A DNA stretch of 32,000 bases from Pasteurella multocida (GTDB lineage Bacteria > Pseudomonadota > Gammaproteobacteria > Enterobacterales > Pasteurellaceae). Of the stretch, positions 29,665 to 32,000 are shown piece after piece; the first letter of the stretch is position 1; each line of letters opens with the position of its first letter. The notes below the pieces were generated by a model. That model was not told the origin of the DNA. It did no database searches and was given only the letters and a program-made list of their open reading frames with translations. The stretch is from assembly GCF_900187275.1 (NCBI RefSeq), contig NZ_LT906458.1:1500001-1532000 (forward strand). Direction: 5' to 3'. Position numbers and translations under genes: made by a program.

Positions 29665-30828
29665 TTAACCATTTGCACGTTTTTCTAAGATTTCTACTGC
29701 TGGTAATACTTTACCTTCAACGAATTCTAAGAACGCACCACCACCTGTTGAAATATAAGAAATTTTATCTTTGATACCGAATAGGTCAATCGCCGCTAAT
29801 GTGTCACCACCACCTGCAATTGAGAAACCTTCGCTATTAGCAATTGCGTGAGAAATGATTTCAGTCCCTTTACGGAAATTCGGGAACTCAAACACGCCCA
29901 CTGGACCATTCCAAAGAATCGTTTTCGCATTTTTGATAATTTCCGCGAGTTGTTCTGCTGATTTATCACCAATATCAAAAATGGATTCATCATCTTTCAC
30001 TTCATTGACGGCTTTTTCTGTTGCTGCTGCAGTTTCAGAGAATTCTAACCCTACGCGCACATCAACGGGTACAGGAATATCTGTGCTTGCCGCTAAGTTT
30101 TTCGCCACTGGAATTAAATCTTCTTCATATAAGGATTTACCGACGTTATGACCTGCTGCAGCAATGAAGGTATTGGCGATACCCCCGCCCACAATAATTT
30201 GGTCCGCAATTTTAGATAAGGAATTTAACACTTCTAATTTGGTTGAGACTTTCGACCCCCCTACAATCGCCACCATTGGACGCGCAGGTTCTTTTAAGGC
30301 TTTACCTAAAGCATCTAATTCAGCCGCTAATAATGGACCCGCACAAGCCACTGGCGCATATTCAGCCACACCGTAAGTCGAGGCTTGCGCACGGTGTGCA
30401 GTACCAAAGGCATCCATCACAAAGACATCGCAAAGTGCGGCATATTTTTTGCCTAATTCAGGATCGTTTTTCTTCTCACCTTTGTTAATGCGCACGTTTT
30501 CTAATACCACGATTTCGCCTTGGTTAACGTCCACACCGTCTAAATAATCGCGTACTAAACGAACAGGCACATCTAAATTTGCATTTAAGTAATCAACTAC
30601 AGGTTTCAGTGAGTTTGCTTCATCAAATTCGCCTTCTGTTGGGCGACCTAAGTGTGAAGTCACCATCACTTTTGCGCCTTTTTCAAGCGCAAGTTTCAAG
30701 GTAGGGATGGTCGCACGGATACGTGCATCAGAAGTCACTTTGCCATCTTTGACTGGCACATTTAAATCAGCACGAATAAACACACGTTTGCCGCTCAAAT
30801 CCAAGTCTGTCATTTTGATTACTGACAT
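29665..30828 (-). CDS. pgk: Phosphoglycerate kinase
   Basis: 387 aa. It has [23 protein letters not shown] and STGGGA.LEF.EGK.LPA. The pgk-fbaA order matches E. coli. Confidence 0.98.
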   Translation of the reverse strand: MSVIKMTDLDLSGKRVFIRADLNVPVKDGKVTSDARIRATIPTLKLALEKGAKVMVTSHLGRPTEGEFDEANSLKPVVDYLNANLDVPVRLVRDYLDGVDVNQGEIVVLENVRINKGEKKNDPELGKKYAALCDVFVMDAFGTAHRAQASTYGVAEYAPVACAGPLLAAELDALGKALKEPARPMVAIVGGSKVSTKLEVLNSLSKIADQIIVGGGIANTFIAAAGHNVGKSLYEEDLIPVAKNLAASTDIPVPVDVRVGLEFSETAAATEKAVNEVKDDESIFDIGDKSAEQLAEIIKNAKTILWNGPVGVFEFPNFRKGTEIISHAIANSEGFSIAGGGDTLAAIDLFGIKDKISYISTGGGAFLEFVEGKVLPAVEILEKRANG

Positions 30829-30875
30829 ATTTTATCCTCTTACTGGTTAAATTAAAAAATGAGAAAACTAAACGC

Positions 30876-30904
30876 ATTATACCCCTTTCTAACTAGGCTG
30901 TACT
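30876..30904 (-). promoter_or_regulatory. Candidate sigma70 promoter of pgk
   Basis: On the minus strand: AGTACA (30899-30904), 17-nt spacer, perfect TATAAT (30876-30881), about 45 nt upstream of the pgk ATG. The -35 match is weak. Confidence 0.4.
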
Positions 30905-30944
30905 GCGTTAGATCAAATAATTTTTATTATTTAATAAATAAAAA

Positions 30945-31640
30945 TTAATATCCTGTACGACTTCTTGGACAATCGATCACCTGCCATTTTAAGTCATAAC
31001 AAATAAAGAGTTCATTACGACTTGCCCCTAAATATGCCTCTTTTAGGTGCTTATTATTTTTACGCAACCACTGGAAAAGTTCATTCCGACTTAATTCATA
31101 ATTTGGTAATTTTAAGGTGCGATACAGTTCACGTTGTTTGTCAAAATACGCTTTTGCATCATCAAAAGCACAAGCACCGTGTTTTTCCCACTCACCTTGT
31201 AATAAACTGGCACTTGGCGATTCTGGTAAATATTGCTCAATGATCTCTTGCGGTACCATTGGTAAATCCCCTCGGCAAAAACGCGGTTGATCTGAGACGC
31301 GACGCGCACGCTCATTTTGAGGCCATAAACCATGAATCACCCAGCCAAATTGCTGAGTTAAACCACATTGATATTGCAATGAATTAGGTAAGTCATCACC
31401 ATAACGATTACGCTGCTTCTCACAAAATGCCGGCGACCAAGATAATACAAACGTATAATAATCCGTCGGCGCATTGGCGTTTTGACCGATCGGATCATTT
31501 TTCATAATATAGTCGTAATTACGATCCACGATAATTTCAACAGCTTGTTTTTGCTTAGAAAAGAAATACCAGCCTGACAACAAAAACATTAGAAAACAAA
31601 CCACAAAGATAGACAGCTGAAGTGTTTTTTTCTCGTTCAT
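30945..31640 (-). CDS. Ribonuclease T2 family (RNase I-like) with an N-terminal signal/anchor
   Basis: It has both catalytic T2 motifs, CAS I (WVIHGLWPQ) and CAS II (GEWEKHGAC), plus multiple cysteines. The N-terminal hydrophobic segment is LQLSIFVVCFLMFLLSGWYFF. Confidence 0.88.
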   Translation of the reverse strand: MNEKKTLQLSIFVVCFLMFLLSGWYFFSKQKQAVEIIVDRNYDYIMKNDPIGQNANAPTDYYTFVLSWSPAFCEKQRNRYGDDLPNSLQYQCGLTQQFGWVIHGLWPQNERARRVSDQPRFCRGDLPMVPQEIIEQYLPESPSASLLQGEWEKHGACAFDDAKAYFDKQRELYRTLKLPNYELSRNELFQWLRKNNKHLKEAYLGASRNELFICYDLKWQVIDCPRSRTGY

Positions 31641-31678
31641 AAAATTCCTATTTCACTTTTGGAGCGGATTGATTATAA

Positions 31679-31978
<300 letters not shown>

Positions 31979-32000
31979 CCTGTATCGAGTGTAACAATTC

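Overview
This is a 32-kb chromosomal segment from a Pasteurellaceae genome of the Haemophilus/Aggregatibacter/Pasteurella type. The taxon call rests on at least 14 exact copies of the Hin-type uptake signal AAGTGCGGT, and GC is about 40% by eye. It holds 33 complete protein genes plus one 8-codon gene start at the left edge, and nearly all have clear housekeeping orthologues. In order they are: a CopZ-like HMA protein, ydcZ, yhhQ, cpxA, cpxR, bamE, yejK, yejL, yejM, a cytosine-deaminase-like amidohydrolase, yjjG, dusC, yjdF-like, djlA, pyrE, rph, yicC, ygfZ, brnQ, pyrG, eno, ruvX, yqgE, rsmE, recO, rlmD, relA, dgkA, an O-antigen-ligase-family membrane protein, fbaA, pgk, an RNase T2-family enzyme and yfhL. 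I recognised no rRNA, tRNA, CRISPR array, IS element, prophage or defence gene. I found no convincing evidence for a new multi-gene system, and the window reads as core genome. The signals the ORF track does not explain are listed here. (1) A preQ1-I riboswitch-like aptamer lies in the yhhQ leader. (2) A dyad-dense element with terminator-like ends on both strands lies in the pyrG-eno spacer. (3) The O-antigen-ligase-family gene sits directly behind the fbaA terminator with no room for a promoter or SD. (4) A perfect hairpin lies between cpxR and cpxA. (5) A long leader precedes the orphan amidohydrolase. (6) Inverted USS pairs act as terminators. Coordinates of non-ORF features were counted by hand and may be off by 1-2 nt. 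No database search, folding energy or covariance model was run.
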